This document shows, piece by piece, positions 13,101 through 22,529 of a stretch of DNA of 64,000 bases. Each line of letters begins with the position of its first letter. The stretch's first letter is position 1. The notes under the pieces are model-generated. The model made no database searches and was not told the DNA's origin. It worked only from the letters and a program-made list of their open reading frames with translations. The stretch is from Candidatus Obscuribacteraceae bacterium. Its GTDB lineage: Bacteria > Cyanobacteriota > Vampirovibrionia > Obscuribacterales > Obscuribacteraceae. The DNA lies in the NCBI GenBank assembly GCA_044229845.1, contig JBGASG010000004.1, positions 128,001-192,000 on the forward strand, given 5' to 3'. The translations under genes were made by a program, and so were the position numbers.

Positions 13101-13305
13101 CGCTCGCGTTCTTTTGGCTCGCTGCCTGCTTAAAACCGGAGATCGTGCCAAGGCCCAGCAAGTAGTCAATGACGGGTTGCAACTGACAAGTGATCCGGGC
13201 GAAAAACGTGAACTTAATGCGGTGCTGGCGTCCGAATCAGGAGCCGCTCCCAGCCCCAAACCAGACAATTCTTCAAGTCCGAATAACAATTCCGGAACGC
13301 CGTAG
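10138..13305 (+). CDS. PATAN/DUF4388-like domain, low-complexity linker, single TM, TPR array
   Basis: GMLRV..SGRIFIVDGAFIIG..G..AL..LL pattern; TM GFVVGILVLGLLGVGGYFGYVYYL; many TPR motifs (AYARRG, ALADYNRA). Confidence 0.75.
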   Translation: MLIFTLSVKSNSQFVAVLSEVRKHSDVRYGMLRVASSETSGRIFIVDGAFIIGCELSDGRKGAVALTTLLSMERAIVGFLEMPRRTGGGGVAVNIENMVNDCNASQDENVGNVLRRILNQAPLTDLPAGADAPKQPAPHSLMMHVIHNQVRKELGPTRDATSSGAAATLTEIVLRNLDTYNKLLQRLDRAPDKNFISRSELLCADIAMFESLLESSHRNTYAAQSVKRLRQTLLKLIKRARAQPLDYEPVAATAAPAAPTTSQPKPAAPAEDREEEAITPAGLVNNLASTLQHDISNLPDSEAAYTQADEAPAASAGGGAPSYSKVVTSDTGSIRVFATDTDFEDGGLTGGGGLTNSDTWEYGSDDPFDWGESLFLSEEELSTQPAESEADEEEPDRSYKLDTGADNGARIMSAAAAMSAVPPSPNFSAEPPPASTEPAPTPSAPLEPAPAEPAPPPLSASSSGTHSRVSGATEIPENLRYPHAGLSGGLAHEHDAKDKPTDSSFRRELKQTDSLAKKRIEKHAKSKDTRGFVVGILVLGLLGVGGYFGYVYYLAPPTPKQLYDRALLAEQQKYYLRAREQVDKAIEQEPNFAPAFLLRARLHTNNGEYADALADYNRATQLGSTDDESVLKARAEVAFKADAWADAQDALKKLLEKSPDDLELHQKLATTYLRLDKSKMNPDEVKAALEQAVEHYTRAITGGAADPGPIYRSRGMVYEELKDFPKATADYTEAIKLNPQDQLAYARRGSLYLKNGDADKAFADLSKAVEKAPSPEALVDLASIYEKKGDRAKAGGLAARALELNSKNVGALIIRANSYLAQKAFPRALDDYDAAMQLEPDNATVRTLREKALSAYRAASPSAVRELESSDQPRKLPPIPKNMPEGSLILKGYEQLRDGHTDVAIQMLTEALNKEPSNETARRYLAHAYFRAHHPAQAAEQFKSVAGTAELTEADQIVYGDALSQANQPAEAVEVLNTVVANRPTSVAARVLLARCLLKTGDRAKAQQVVNDGLQLTSDPGEKRELNAVLASESGAAPSPKPDNSSSPNNNSGTP

Positions 13306-13403
13306 GCGTTGCGATAAGGTAAATGGTAACATCCGTGATGCCAAAAGGCGTTTGCTGGGCACATCATTTCTTAGGACGCTTTGCTTTATCCGGTCGTTAG
13401 CGG

Positions 13404-16400
13404 ATGCTGCTCTTTACACAACCCATAAATTCCAACCGGCAATTGTCCGATGCATTGTCGCGGGTGCTTCAGCATCCGGAAGTGCAATACGGCATTTTGC
13501 GCATCACGGACGGCGTGACCAACGGACGCATTTTCATTGCCGACGGCAGCGTGTTCGTGGGCGCCGAAGTAGTCGGGGGCAAGATGGGCGCCGAAGCAGT
13601 CTACCGTCTGCTGCATCTCGAAGATGCCATCGTCGGCTTCTTGCAAGTGCCGTTCGAACCGATGGATGACAGCACCTTTGTCGATATACGCACACTGCTC
13701 TTTGAAATGGAGCAATCGCCCGACATCAAGCTCTCCGATGCATTGCTCAAGATTGTCGGCAACACGGCCAAAGACCCCGATACGCCGCCACCCGCAGCCG
13801 GCAGCATGGAATCACCGGCGCGCTTGATGGCTGATGCCATCCACACCCAAGTGCAAAAGGAGCTGGGCAAGAAAGCTTCTGATACCACGGACGGTGACAG
13901 CGAGAAATTATTGCTGGACAACCTCAACTATTACAACAAGCTGCTCAGCCAGCTGGACCGCGCGCCGTACAAAACCTGGTTATCGCGGGCCGAACTTTTG
14001 AACGCCGATCTGGTCGTCTACGAGTGCTTGCTGGAAGGCGAAGAGCGTCAGACAGAAGTCGCCGCAGCCATGAATCGCCTGCGCGAAACCCTCACGAAAG
14101 CGATCGTGCGCGCCGCCGAGACCGCTGCATTGCTCGCCGAAGTAGACACTCCCTATCAATCCACTTCCGAATTGTTTAAACCAGCCGCTGCTCCACAGGC
14201 TCCGGCTGCGGTTTCCGAAAGTAATCGGGTCGACGAAGTAGCAAAAGCCCAGCCCCCCGAATCGGCAAAGCCGGCCACTCCGGTCAGCTCCGCGCCGCCA
14301 CCGGTGTCGGAAGCCAACCGCATGGACAAAATTGCGGTAGCCAAGTCGCCGCACGACGGTACCAATGCCGGACCGGCGGCAACACCTTCGCCGCCGTCGG
14401 CACCGCCACCAGTTTCTGCGGCCAACCGCGTCGACAGAATTGCCATGCCGGCCTCCAGCGTTGCCGCCAAAGCAACCGGCGGTCAAGCAAAACCGGCGCC
14501 GGCAGCTGCCACCACAGCATCAAAACCGGCCGCGGCTGAACCGCCGAAACCGGCGGCTGCGCCACCCAAGCCAGCACCAGAGCCACCCAAGCCAGCACCA
14601 GAGCCACCCAAGCCGGCACCAGAGCCACCCAAGCCGGCACCAGAGCCACCCAAGCCGGCACCCTCCACTCCACTTTCAGACGCGTCCAAAGCCACCGTCG
14701 ATATTGCCAAGCCCGTGGCCACCGCCGGTGACGACTCCGGGCGTTCTGCCTCGCTGGCGGATGCCTGGCAGAAGGCGCTCGCGGAAGCCGAATCCAAGCC
14801 GGCGGAAGAGTCCAAGCCCACCATGTCCGCAGCCGAGCGTGCGGATCTGCCGGAAGAACTGGCTAACTTGCCGATCTCTGCCGCCACCGAAGAATACGAA
14901 GCGTTCGACGACCAGAGCTTTCCAGGTTTCAACGCACCGCCGGCAGCGCCGGCCGCGCCACCCGCCGCGCCTGAGGAAGATGCCGCACCACTGCTCATGC
15001 AACTTACCTCACTGGCGGCGTCCTCCAGCAAAGAATTCAAAAAGCCGACGCCGCTTGGTGAGCCGGACGATCCCAACTCATCGACGATCCAGACTAAGGC
15101 CATCAAAGAGAGCGACCTGCCCGACTGGGCCAGAGATGAAGCTCCTGCCGCCACCGCCGCCAAGCCACCCGCCAGCCCGGCACCAGATACGGTGCCCGCC
15201 AAACCGGCGCCCGCACCGGTGACCGGCAAGTCACCAACTGGTGAGCAAAAGAAAGAACCACCCAAGCCGGCCGCCGCCAAACCTAGCAGCAGCGAGAAGA
15301 AGCCTGCAGAAACGCCACCACCGGCCCCGGCAAAGCCCGCCGCGTCACTTGACTCCCTGCTCAGCTTCGATGATGAAGACGAGTCAAAGCCGGCTCCGCC
15401 GGCCGCTGCCTCTGCTGAATTTGACCCGGACGCCACGCTCACCGACCCGGTGACCGCCATTTCGGCGAGCGAATCCCTTTCCTCAGAAGATGAAGAGGAC
15501 ATGTCGGTCTGGGATGTCTATGAATCACCGAAAGATAAAGCGGAAGCCGCGAAAATCGATACTTCCAAACCGGTGAGAGCCTCTGCGCTCGATGACGATC
15601 TGTTCGGCGATTTCCAATCGGCTCGCAAACCGGCAGTGACAGCCACCCCGACTCCGGCCGCTGCCAGTCAGACTCCCGCACCGACTGCGGAAGAAACAGC
15701 CAAAGACACTTTCTCCAAACTGGAATTCAAACCGGCTCGCCCGGCGACCGGCTCGCAAGCCAGTGGTGAAGCCGTTTCCGCCTTGCAGGCAAAACTCGAT
15801 GGCACCGCACCGACAGGCAAGCCTTATGTTCCTGCCGGCAAACCAGGTGCCACCGGAAAAACGGGACAACAAGGCAAGCCCGCTTCACCCAATCAATCTC
15901 CGGCGGGCAGCGGCGCCGTGTCGTACCAGTCACCCATGGGACCCGATGACGAGATGCCGTCGTCAGCCGCGGAAGATTACACGCGTGAAGCGTTGAACGC
16001 CATTCCCACCCCCGGCAAGGGAGCACCATCATCAGCATCGGCCTCGTCGATGTCTGCTTCTTTGGATGCGATTCCGACACCCCTGGGCGCAACCCCGACA
16101 ACCGCTCTAGATGCCATTCCCACTCCCGGCAGCGGCAAGGCGAAAGCGGTTCCGATCGACCAGTCCGCACAGGATGCGGCCAAAGGCAACGCGGCCGATA
16201 CGTTTGCCGATGGACCAAGCAGACTGATGGGCAAAATCGCTACATCAAAATCAAGTCAGGTGCAGCTGGGCGCCACACCAGGCGCGCGCGGCAAGACCAA
16301 CGAAGCGCTGGTCAATGCGCTCTCGCAGATGTTCGAAGGTCTGGAAATCGACGAAACCGAACTGGACACCATCGAAGAACAGGCAAAGAAAGCCGAAGAA

Positions 16401-18071
16401 GAGAAGCGTCGCTTCAAACAAGAAATTGCCGAAGCGGAAAAACAGCAAGATATGTTGTCGGCCGCGGCTATTGCCAGCATTCGCACGCAAGAGGCTCAAG
16501 CCGCCGACAAAGAACTGCGCACCGAGTTGAAGTCACTCAGGCAACAACAGACTTTCAACAAGCGCTACCTAATCGGCGGTGCGGTCGCCGGCGTTCTGGT
16601 TCTCGGCACCATCGTCTACTTCGTCTTTAATCCGCCCGGTCCCTCGATTTCCAGCGACATTCAATCAGCCAAGCAGCACCTGAAAGACAATTTGCGTTCG
16701 GTGGCTCGCGAAGAGATCAAAATGGCCATCAGCAAAGATCCGAAGAGCGCCGAAGCACACCAGATTCTCGGACAGATCTTGTTCGAAGAAGGCGAATACA
16801 CTGAAGCTCTCACCGAATTGAAACAAGCTGAAACGCTGGGCGCCAAGCCCGATGCAGCGACACTGCACATGATGGCGGAATCGGCGATCAAAACTAAAAA
16901 CTGGAAAGAAGCGCGAGCAATTACAGAGCGTCAAATCAAGAAAGGCTCTACAACAAAACTGCAAGTTCAGCTCGGACGCATCGAGCGCGACTCAGGCAAC
17001 TGGACAGCAGCATTGCCCTACTTCAACAAGGCGATCAGCGGCGGCTACAAAGAAGCGTACCGCGAACGCGGCGAACTGTACTTCAAATTGAAGCAGCCCA
17101 AGAAAGCGCTCGGGGACCTCGACCAGGCGATCAAGAGCAACGATAAAGACATGCGCGCACATCTTTTGCGCGGACGCTGCTACCTGCAAATCGGCGATAC
17201 GAAATCCGCGCTCGCAGACTTCGCTAAGGCGCAAGCGCCACTGCACCCCGACGCAAATGTGCTGTCCTATCAAGCCATCGCTTACTTCCGCAGTGGGCAA
17301 TACGAGAAAGCCATCGAAGCTGCCAGCAAAGCGCTCGACATAGATCAAAATTCGGTGCCGGCTTATATGGTCCGCGGTGATGCCTTCATGGCGTTGCGCA
17401 CATACCAGCGCGCCGTCAATGACTTCGATCAGATTCTGCAACTGGACGAGAAAAATCCCGAAGCCAAACGCAAACGCCAGGCCGCATACGTCGCTTACCG
17501 ACGCAGCGCCGCTCGCGGTGATGTTTATGGACTGCAGTCGGAGTCCGTTTCCATACCTGCCAATCTTTCCGGCGCCCAGCTGGTGCAGCGCGGCTACGAG
17601 CTGTTGCGCTCCGGTCAGTACAACCAGGCGACAGCATATTTCACCGCCGCGCTCAAGAAGCAACCTAACGATGCCACCGCGCGCATGTATCTCGGTCACG
17701 CTCTCAACAAATCCGGACAGGATTCTGATGCAGCCGAGCAGTTCCGCCTGGCTGATCAGATGGGCGCCCAAATGCGTCCGCTCGATCGCGCTGCCTGGGC
17801 TGACTCTCTGCTTTCCGCCGGACAGAGCGAACAAGCGAAAACTATGTTCGAGCAGATTCTGCAGTCATCGCCAAAACTGCTTGCCGCAAGAATGGGACAG
17901 CTGAAGGCTTATATCGCCCTCGGCGATCGCAAGAAGGCCGAGTCGCTGGCCCGTACATATATGGTGGATTCCAACGAACAAGAACAAGAGGCGTTGTCCA
18001 GTCTGTTCAGGAAGCAAGACGACAGTCCGCCGCCTCAGCAGGAGGAGCAAAAGGCCCCTCCAACAGGTTAA
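13404..18071 (+). CDS. paralog of the previous gene: PATAN/DUF4388-like domain, very long Pro/Ala linker, coiled coil, TM, TPR array
   Basis: N-terminal ~240 aa aligns by eye with 10138..13305; TM YLIGGAVAGVLVLGTIVYFVF; TPR repeats. Confidence 0.75.
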   Translation: MLLFTQPINSNRQLSDALSRVLQHPEVQYGILRITDGVTNGRIFIADGSVFVGAEVVGGKMGAEAVYRLLHLEDAIVGFLQVPFEPMDDSTFVDIRTLLFEMEQSPDIKLSDALLKIVGNTAKDPDTPPPAAGSMESPARLMADAIHTQVQKELGKKASDTTDGDSEKLLLDNLNYYNKLLSQLDRAPYKTWLSRAELLNADLVVYECLLEGEERQTEVAAAMNRLRETLTKAIVRAAETAALLAEVDTPYQSTSELFKPAAAPQAPAAVSESNRVDEVAKAQPPESAKPATPVSSAPPPVSEANRMDKIAVAKSPHDGTNAGPAATPSPPSAPPPVSAANRVDRIAMPASSVAAKATGGQAKPAPAAATTASKPAAAEPPKPAAAPPKPAPEPPKPAPEPPKPAPEPPKPAPEPPKPAPSTPLSDASKATVDIAKPVATAGDDSGRSASLADAWQKALAEAESKPAEESKPTMSAAERADLPEELANLPISAATEEYEAFDDQSFPGFNAPPAAPAAPPAAPEEDAAPLLMQLTSLAASSSKEFKKPTPLGEPDDPNSSTIQTKAIKESDLPDWARDEAPAATAAKPPASPAPDTVPAKPAPAPVTGKSPTGEQKKEPPKPAAAKPSSSEKKPAETPPPAPAKPAASLDSLLSFDDEDESKPAPPAAASAEFDPDATLTDPVTAISASESLSSEDEEDMSVWDVYESPKDKAEAAKIDTSKPVRASALDDDLFGDFQSARKPAVTATPTPAAASQTPAPTAEETAKDTFSKLEFKPARPATGSQASGEAVSALQAKLDGTAPTGKPYVPAGKPGATGKTGQQGKPASPNQSPAGSGAVSYQSPMGPDDEMPSSAAEDYTREALNAIPTPGKGAPSSASASSMSASLDAIPTPLGATPTTALDAIPTPGSGKAKAVPIDQSAQDAAKGNAADTFADGPSRLMGKIATSKSSQVQLGATPGARGKTNEALVNALSQMFEGLEIDETELDTIEEQAKKAEEEKRRFKQEIAEAEKQQDMLSAAAIASIRTQEAQAADKELRTELKSLRQQQTFNKRYLIGGAVAGVLVLGTIVYFVFNPPGPSISSDIQSAKQHLKDNLRSVAREEIKMAISKDPKSAEAHQILGQILFEEGEYTEALTELKQAETLGAKPDAATLHMMAESAIKTKNWKEARAITERQIKKGSTTKLQVQLGRIERDSGNWTAALPYFNKAISGGYKEAYRERGELYFKLKQPKKALGDLDQAIKSNDKDMRAHLLRGRCYLQIGDTKSALADFAKAQAPLHPDANVLSYQAIAYFRSGQYEKAIEAASKALDIDQNSVPAYMVRGDAFMALRTYQRAVNDFDQILQLDEKNPEAKRKRQAAYVAYRRSAARGDVYGLQSESVSIPANLSGAQLVQRGYELLRSGQYNQATAYFTAALKKQPNDATARMYLGHALNKSGQDSDAAEQFRLADQMGAQMRPLDRAAWADSLLSAGQSEQAKTMFEQILQSSPKLLAARMGQLKAYIALGDRKKAESLARTYMVDSNEQEQEALSSLFRKQDDSPPPQQEEQKAPPTG
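14561..14662 (+). repeat. 21-bp coding tandem repeat, about 5 copies, encoding PPKPAPE
   Basis: GCCACCCAAGCC(A/G)GCACCAGA in tandem. Confidence 0.9.
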
Positions 18072-18101
18072 AAACGGCGGGGCTTCTTACCCCGCCGTTT
18101 T
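18071..18101. terminator. bidirectional Rho-independent terminator
   Basis: AAAACGGCGGGG-loop-CCCCGCCGTTTT between convergent CDS and tRNA. Confidence 0.85.
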
Positions 18102-18109
18102 CGAATGAT

Positions 18110-18182
18110 TGGAGATAAGGGGATTCGAACCCCTGACCTCACGGGTGCGATCCGTGCGCTCTACCAACTGAGCTATATCCCC
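18110..18182 (-). tRNA. tRNA-Ala(CGC)
   Basis: GGGGATATAGCTCAGTTGGTAGAGCGCACGGAT-CGC-ACCCGTGAGGTCAGGGGTTCGAATCCCCTTATCTCCA; G3:U70. Confidence 0.96.
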
Positions 18183-18293
18183 ATAAAGGGAACGTTCAAC
18201 ATTATAATCCGGAATCTGTCGAATCAGTTGCCTTCCATCCAGAAGCTGTAAAGCGGAGCGGAGTTGTGAATACCATGAAAGGAATGTCCTGAC

Positions 18294-21200
18294 ATGAAGA
18301 GCGAAACAGCTCCAGGTGATTCGCTCGACGGTTTTGAAGAGCCGGGAGAGCCGGAAGAAGAGGGCGAGGAGGAAGAAGAAACTCCGCAGGAGTCCCGGTC
18401 GGTAAGCTTGCTGTTTCTGGCTGTAACAATTCTCTTCCTGGGTTCCGGACTCTCCAGCTTGATCTACCAAGTGATCTGGCTGCGCATGCTGTCGTTGATC
18501 TTCGGTTCCACAACCTTCGCCACAGCCAGCGTCCTGGGAGTTTTCATGGGCGGGCTGGCGCTCGGTTCGTTTCTTGCCGGTCGCTATGCTGATCGGCTGC
18601 AACGACCTTTGCTCTGGTACGGCATTCTGGAAGCCATCATCGGCATCTGGGCACTGGCCGTGCCCTTGTTGTTCGCAGCGGCCGAGCCGCTTTACGCCGC
18701 AGCATTTCAAGCATTTCACCTCTCGGTCATTCCGTTCAGCGTACTGCGGCTACTGATGGCGGCACTGATTCTGATCGTGCCCACCGCCTGCATGGGGGCG
18801 ACTTTGCCGCTTTTGGCGCGCTTTGTGACCACCGAACTTTCCGCCGTCGGCAGAAAAGTCGGCACGCTGTATTCATTCAATACACTTGGTGCCGTGGGTG
18901 GTGCCATGATCGCCGGCTTCTTTCTCTTGCCGGCGATTGGCTTGAAAGCCACCATATTCTCGGCAGCCGCTCTCAACTTTGTGCTCGCCGGTATCGTTGC
19001 CGTGCTGTCTCGCCGCCAGGAAACCGGCAAGGTCCTGGCGCTCACCGAAGCTCCCGAACAGAAAGAGCGGGCGCCGCTACCCTGGACGATCAAAGCAGTG
19101 TTGATCTCGTTTGCGATCTCCGGCAGCTTCGCCATGATTTACGAAGTGGGATTCACGCGGGCTTTGCTGATGGTGATTGGTTCCACAACCTATGCCTTCT
19201 CGATCATGCTCTCGACATTTTTGATCGGGCTTTCATTGGGCAGCCTCTGGGTCGCGCGCTTTGTCGACCGCCTCTCGCGTCCGGTGGTGGCTCTGGCAAT
19301 CACACAAATATTGACCGGCATCGTCGCCTTCGGGAGCCTGAAAGTATTCAATCTCTTGCCGTGGTGGAACCTGCAACTGGCTTCTGCGTGGCACGCCAAC
19401 TCCGACATCGGCATGTTGATTCGCTTTCTCCTTTCGGGACTGGTGATGTTTCCCTTGACGCTCTGCCTGGGCGCCGCCTTCCCGATCGTGGTCAGATGCT
19501 GCACCTCCGAACTAGATCGAGTCGGGCGTTCAGTCGGCACCGTCTATTCAGTCAATACCATCGGCGCCATCATCGGTTCCCTGGCAGCCGGTTTCCTTTT
19601 GATTCCCAACTTCGGCACCGAAACGGCTTTGATCGTCAGTTGCGCCGGCAACGCGCTTCTGGCTATGTTTCTTCTTTCAACGCAGCAAAAAACACTCAAG
19701 CGCTCGGAGAAAATTGCCGCCTGGGTGGTGGCATTCCTGGCTTTCTTCTGGGCCGTGAAAGCTCCGACAGTCTGGGATCACACTTTGTTAGCCCATGCGC
19801 AAGCAGAGCGCCGCAAGCTTTCTACAGATCGCGCCCTGCCCTATCCCGATCTGTACACCCTTTTGAAAGCTATCGAAAGCAGCTGCAAGCTTTTGTATTA
19901 CAAAGACGGCGCATCATCTACGGTGGCAGTTCTGGAATACAACATTCACGGAAATCTGACACACTCGCTGGTGACCAACGGTCACGTCGACGGTTCCGAT
20001 ACTGCAGACATGCCGATTCAATGCATGTTGACGGGCTATCCGCTGCTGATGAAACCTGAGGCGAAAAGCGTCTGCGTGGTGGGTTGGGGATGCGGTGTAT
20101 CCACCGGTGTGGCGACACGCTTCCCGGTGCAATCGATCACCGCCGTCGAACTGGAGCCCTCGGTAGTCGAAGGCGCCCGCTATTTCCATCACGTGAATCA
20201 CAGTCCCGAACGCGATCCTCGCGTCAAGCTGGAATTCAATGATGGAAGAAACTTCTTGATGGCCACCAAAAACAAGTACGACGTCATCGTTTCCGAACCT
20301 TCTAACCCCTGGCAGGCGGGGGTTTGCAACCTGTTTACCCGGGAGTATTTTCATATCTGTCACGAACGCCTCAACCCGGGCGGCGTGCTCTCTATCTGGC
20401 TGCAGACCGTGGAGGTGCCGCCCGAAAACATTCGCGGCGTGCTGCGCTCGCTCACTGATGAATTCAAGCATGTAGTGGCGATGCGCATCACCTCCGGCAA
20501 TGTCATCCTCATGGCTAGCGATCAGCCCCTCCCGATTCCAGTGCAAGCCACCAATTATTTGCTCAGCAAAGACCCGAAAGTTTCTGCCGAAATGCGCAAG
20601 ATCGGCATCAACAGCGCGGCAGATCTAATCGCCAACCTGGCTCTCGATGAGGAGTCGGCGCGCAAGTTTGCCGAAGGCGGCGTCGCCAATGTCGACGATA
20701 CAAACAAACTCGAGTATTCAGTCGGCAAGACATACGAAGAGAAAGAATTTCTGGAACAGAACCTGGAAGGATACAGGCACGCCCGGATCAAAGACTCCAT
20801 GCTCAAGCAGATTGACTGGGGGACGCTCGACAACAAACAACGTTCGCTGGTGCTGGATCTGGCAGCTGCTAATTGCTTGCGTTTAGAAGATCCTGAGTAC
20901 GCGGAGCAGTTGATCAACACGGCCTTAAAAGAATCGCGCGATCCGTTGACTCTGGAGTGTTACGGACAGGTGCAGGCACACCTTGGTCATCCGAAAGAAG
21001 CCTTGGCAGCCTGGGCTGAGGCCCTGAAAATTGACCCGACCAATCGCGAGATTCTGGTGGCGCGAGCCCGGACAAGTGCCTACATGGGTGACATGAAACA
21101 GTGCCGGTCCGACTCAGAAAAATTGGCGGCGCTGGAAAAGGATCCCAAAGAGAAAGCTTACATGACCGCTCTGTGCGAGTTTCGCTTCGGCGGCAAAGAA

Positions 21201-21779
21201 GCGACGCCGGAGAAGATCTTAGGCATTCTGGGCAAGCTGCCGGAAGACGCGGAATACGTGCGCAAAGCTCCGGCGGTATTATATTTGGTGGCAACGCAGG
21301 AAGCCCGAGCGCACAAAATCGAACAGGCGGAAGTCCACTTACGCCAATACCTGATCTTGCGCCCGCAGGACGTCGATGCCGTCAAACTTCTGGGGTCGCT
21401 GCGCATGCTTCGCGGTGACCCGGCGGAAGCCTCGGCTCTCTGGCAGTACGCAGCAATCCTCGGACAAAGGCAATATCGCCGCCCCTTACAAGATGCGTTC
21501 ACGCTCAGTCAACAGGGGCGCAACAGTGAAGCGCTCAGCTCACTGGCCAAGGCGGTGGAGCTCTGGCCGTCTGACAGCCAGAGCGTTTCGTTGCTCAGCA
21601 AGATGGCAAAAACCGAGCCGAAGGCGCAGACCCTGTTGCAAAAATTGCAGGTGCTGCGACCATACCTGGGCTTCGAGCCGGCATTCCCACACGGGGCGCA
21701 CCAGCACAGAGTATTGGAGATACCGAAATCCGGCGAAGCAGCGAAATCCGGCGAAGCACCGTTACCGGCCGGTCACTAA
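18294..21779 (+). CDS. fused MFS-like membrane domain / spermidine-synthase-like SAM-dependent domain with C-terminal TPRs
   Basis: Many TM helices (SGLSSLIYQVIW, GTLYSFNTLGAVGG), VVGWGCGVS glycine loop, AVELEPSV, DGRNFL, YDVIVSEPSNPW. Confidence 0.85.
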   Translation: MKSETAPGDSLDGFEEPGEPEEEGEEEEETPQESRSVSLLFLAVTILFLGSGLSSLIYQVIWLRMLSLIFGSTTFATASVLGVFMGGLALGSFLAGRYADRLQRPLLWYGILEAIIGIWALAVPLLFAAAEPLYAAAFQAFHLSVIPFSVLRLLMAALILIVPTACMGATLPLLARFVTTELSAVGRKVGTLYSFNTLGAVGGAMIAGFFLLPAIGLKATIFSAAALNFVLAGIVAVLSRRQETGKVLALTEAPEQKERAPLPWTIKAVLISFAISGSFAMIYEVGFTRALLMVIGSTTYAFSIMLSTFLIGLSLGSLWVARFVDRLSRPVVALAITQILTGIVAFGSLKVFNLLPWWNLQLASAWHANSDIGMLIRFLLSGLVMFPLTLCLGAAFPIVVRCCTSELDRVGRSVGTVYSVNTIGAIIGSLAAGFLLIPNFGTETALIVSCAGNALLAMFLLSTQQKTLKRSEKIAAWVVAFLAFFWAVKAPTVWDHTLLAHAQAERRKLSTDRALPYPDLYTLLKAIESSCKLLYYKDGASSTVAVLEYNIHGNLTHSLVTNGHVDGSDTADMPIQCMLTGYPLLMKPEAKSVCVVGWGCGVSTGVATRFPVQSITAVELEPSVVEGARYFHHVNHSPERDPRVKLEFNDGRNFLMATKNKYDVIVSEPSNPWQAGVCNLFTREYFHICHERLNPGGVLSIWLQTVEVPPENIRGVLRSLTDEFKHVVAMRITSGNVILMASDQPLPIPVQATNYLLSKDPKVSAEMRKIGINSAADLIANLALDEESARKFAEGGVANVDDTNKLEYSVGKTYEEKEFLEQNLEGYRHARIKDSMLKQIDWGTLDNKQRSLVLDLAAANCLRLEDPEYAEQLINTALKESRDPLTLECYGQVQAHLGHPKEALAAWAEALKIDPTNREILVARARTSAYMGDMKQCRSDSEKLAALEKDPKEKAYMTALCEFRFGGKEATPEKILGILGKLPEDAEYVRKAPAVLYLVATQEARAHKIEQAEVHLRQYLILRPQDVDAVKLLGSLRMLRGDPAEASALWQYAAILGQRQYRRPLQDAFTLSQQGRNSEALSSLAKAVELWPSDSQSVSLLSKMAKTEPKAQTLLQKLQVLRPYLGFEPAFPHGAHQHRVLEIPKSGEAAKSGEAPLPAGH

Positions 21780-21872
21780 CTAACATGTATCGGAATACTG
21801 CTCCCGCAAACCCACAGGCGTCGCACCTGGGTTAGAATGTGCGGTCTTAACCGTCTGTTAGTGAGGGACGAT

Positions 21873-22514
21873 ATGAAAAAACTAGTTGGCGCGTTGTCAG
21901 CGCTTGTCATCACGGCAGCCATGGGAGCATCTCTGTCCGCTCCCGGTTATTGCGCCCCTGAAGCCGGCGCTCAAATCGCCGCCGGTAGCAAAGCGCCCGC
22001 CGTAAAGCTCAAGGATAGTCACGACAAGCAAGTTTCGCTCGACGATTACAAAGGCAAAATCGTCGTGCTGGAATGGGTCAACTTCGACTGTCCTTTCGTG
22101 AAAAAGCACTATGACTCAGGCAACATGCAAAAACTGCAAAAGACATACACCGGCAAGGGTGTGGTCTGGCTCTCGATTAACTCGTCGGCGCCTGGACGTC
22201 AGGGCAACTACGACGGCAAGAAAATCAACGAATTGCTCACCGAAAAGAAAGCCACGCCGACCGCCTACTTGTTCGATCCGACTGGAGAAGTCGGTAAGGC
22301 ATATGGCGCGAAAACAACACCTCATATGTTCGTGATCGACAAACAAGGCAGCGTCATTTACGCCGGTGCCATCGACGATCATCCGGGAGTAGATGCGACC
22401 GAGATCTCCGCCTCCAAAAATTACGTGCAGCAAGCACTGGATGAAGCGCTCGCCGGCAAGCAAGTGACGACGGCCGCAACCAAATCGTACGGCTGCTCCG
22501 TCAAGTATCAATAG
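21873..22514 (+). CDS. secreted thioredoxin-like redoxin (AhpC/TSA family)
   Basis: Signal peptide; VVLEWVNFDCPFV, TTPHMFVID, YGCSVKY. Confidence 0.85.
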   Translation: MKKLVGALSALVITAAMGASLSAPGYCAPEAGAQIAAGSKAPAVKLKDSHDKQVSLDDYKGKIVVLEWVNFDCPFVKKHYDSGNMQKLQKTYTGKGVVWLSINSSAPGRQGNYDGKKINELLTEKKATPTAYLFDPTGEVGKAYGAKTTPHMFVIDKQGSVIYAGAIDDHPGVDATEISASKNYVQQALDEALAGKQVTTAATKSYGCSVKYQ

Positions 22515-22529
22515 GGAGTTTTGAAAGTA

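Noticed and set aside
14561..14662. 21-bp tandem repeat as possible CRISPR
   Set aside because: No spacers, in-frame coding repeat (PPKPAPE), no cas genes
18110..18182. A32 and C38 in tRNA-Ala(CGC); tRNA as possible island integration site
   Set aside because: The same loop occurs in cyanobacterial tRNA-Ala(CGC) as I recall it; no integrase or duplicated 3' end nearby
21724..21758. 18-bp duplication encoding KSGEA twice
   Set aside because: Trivial slippage in a disordered C-terminal tail
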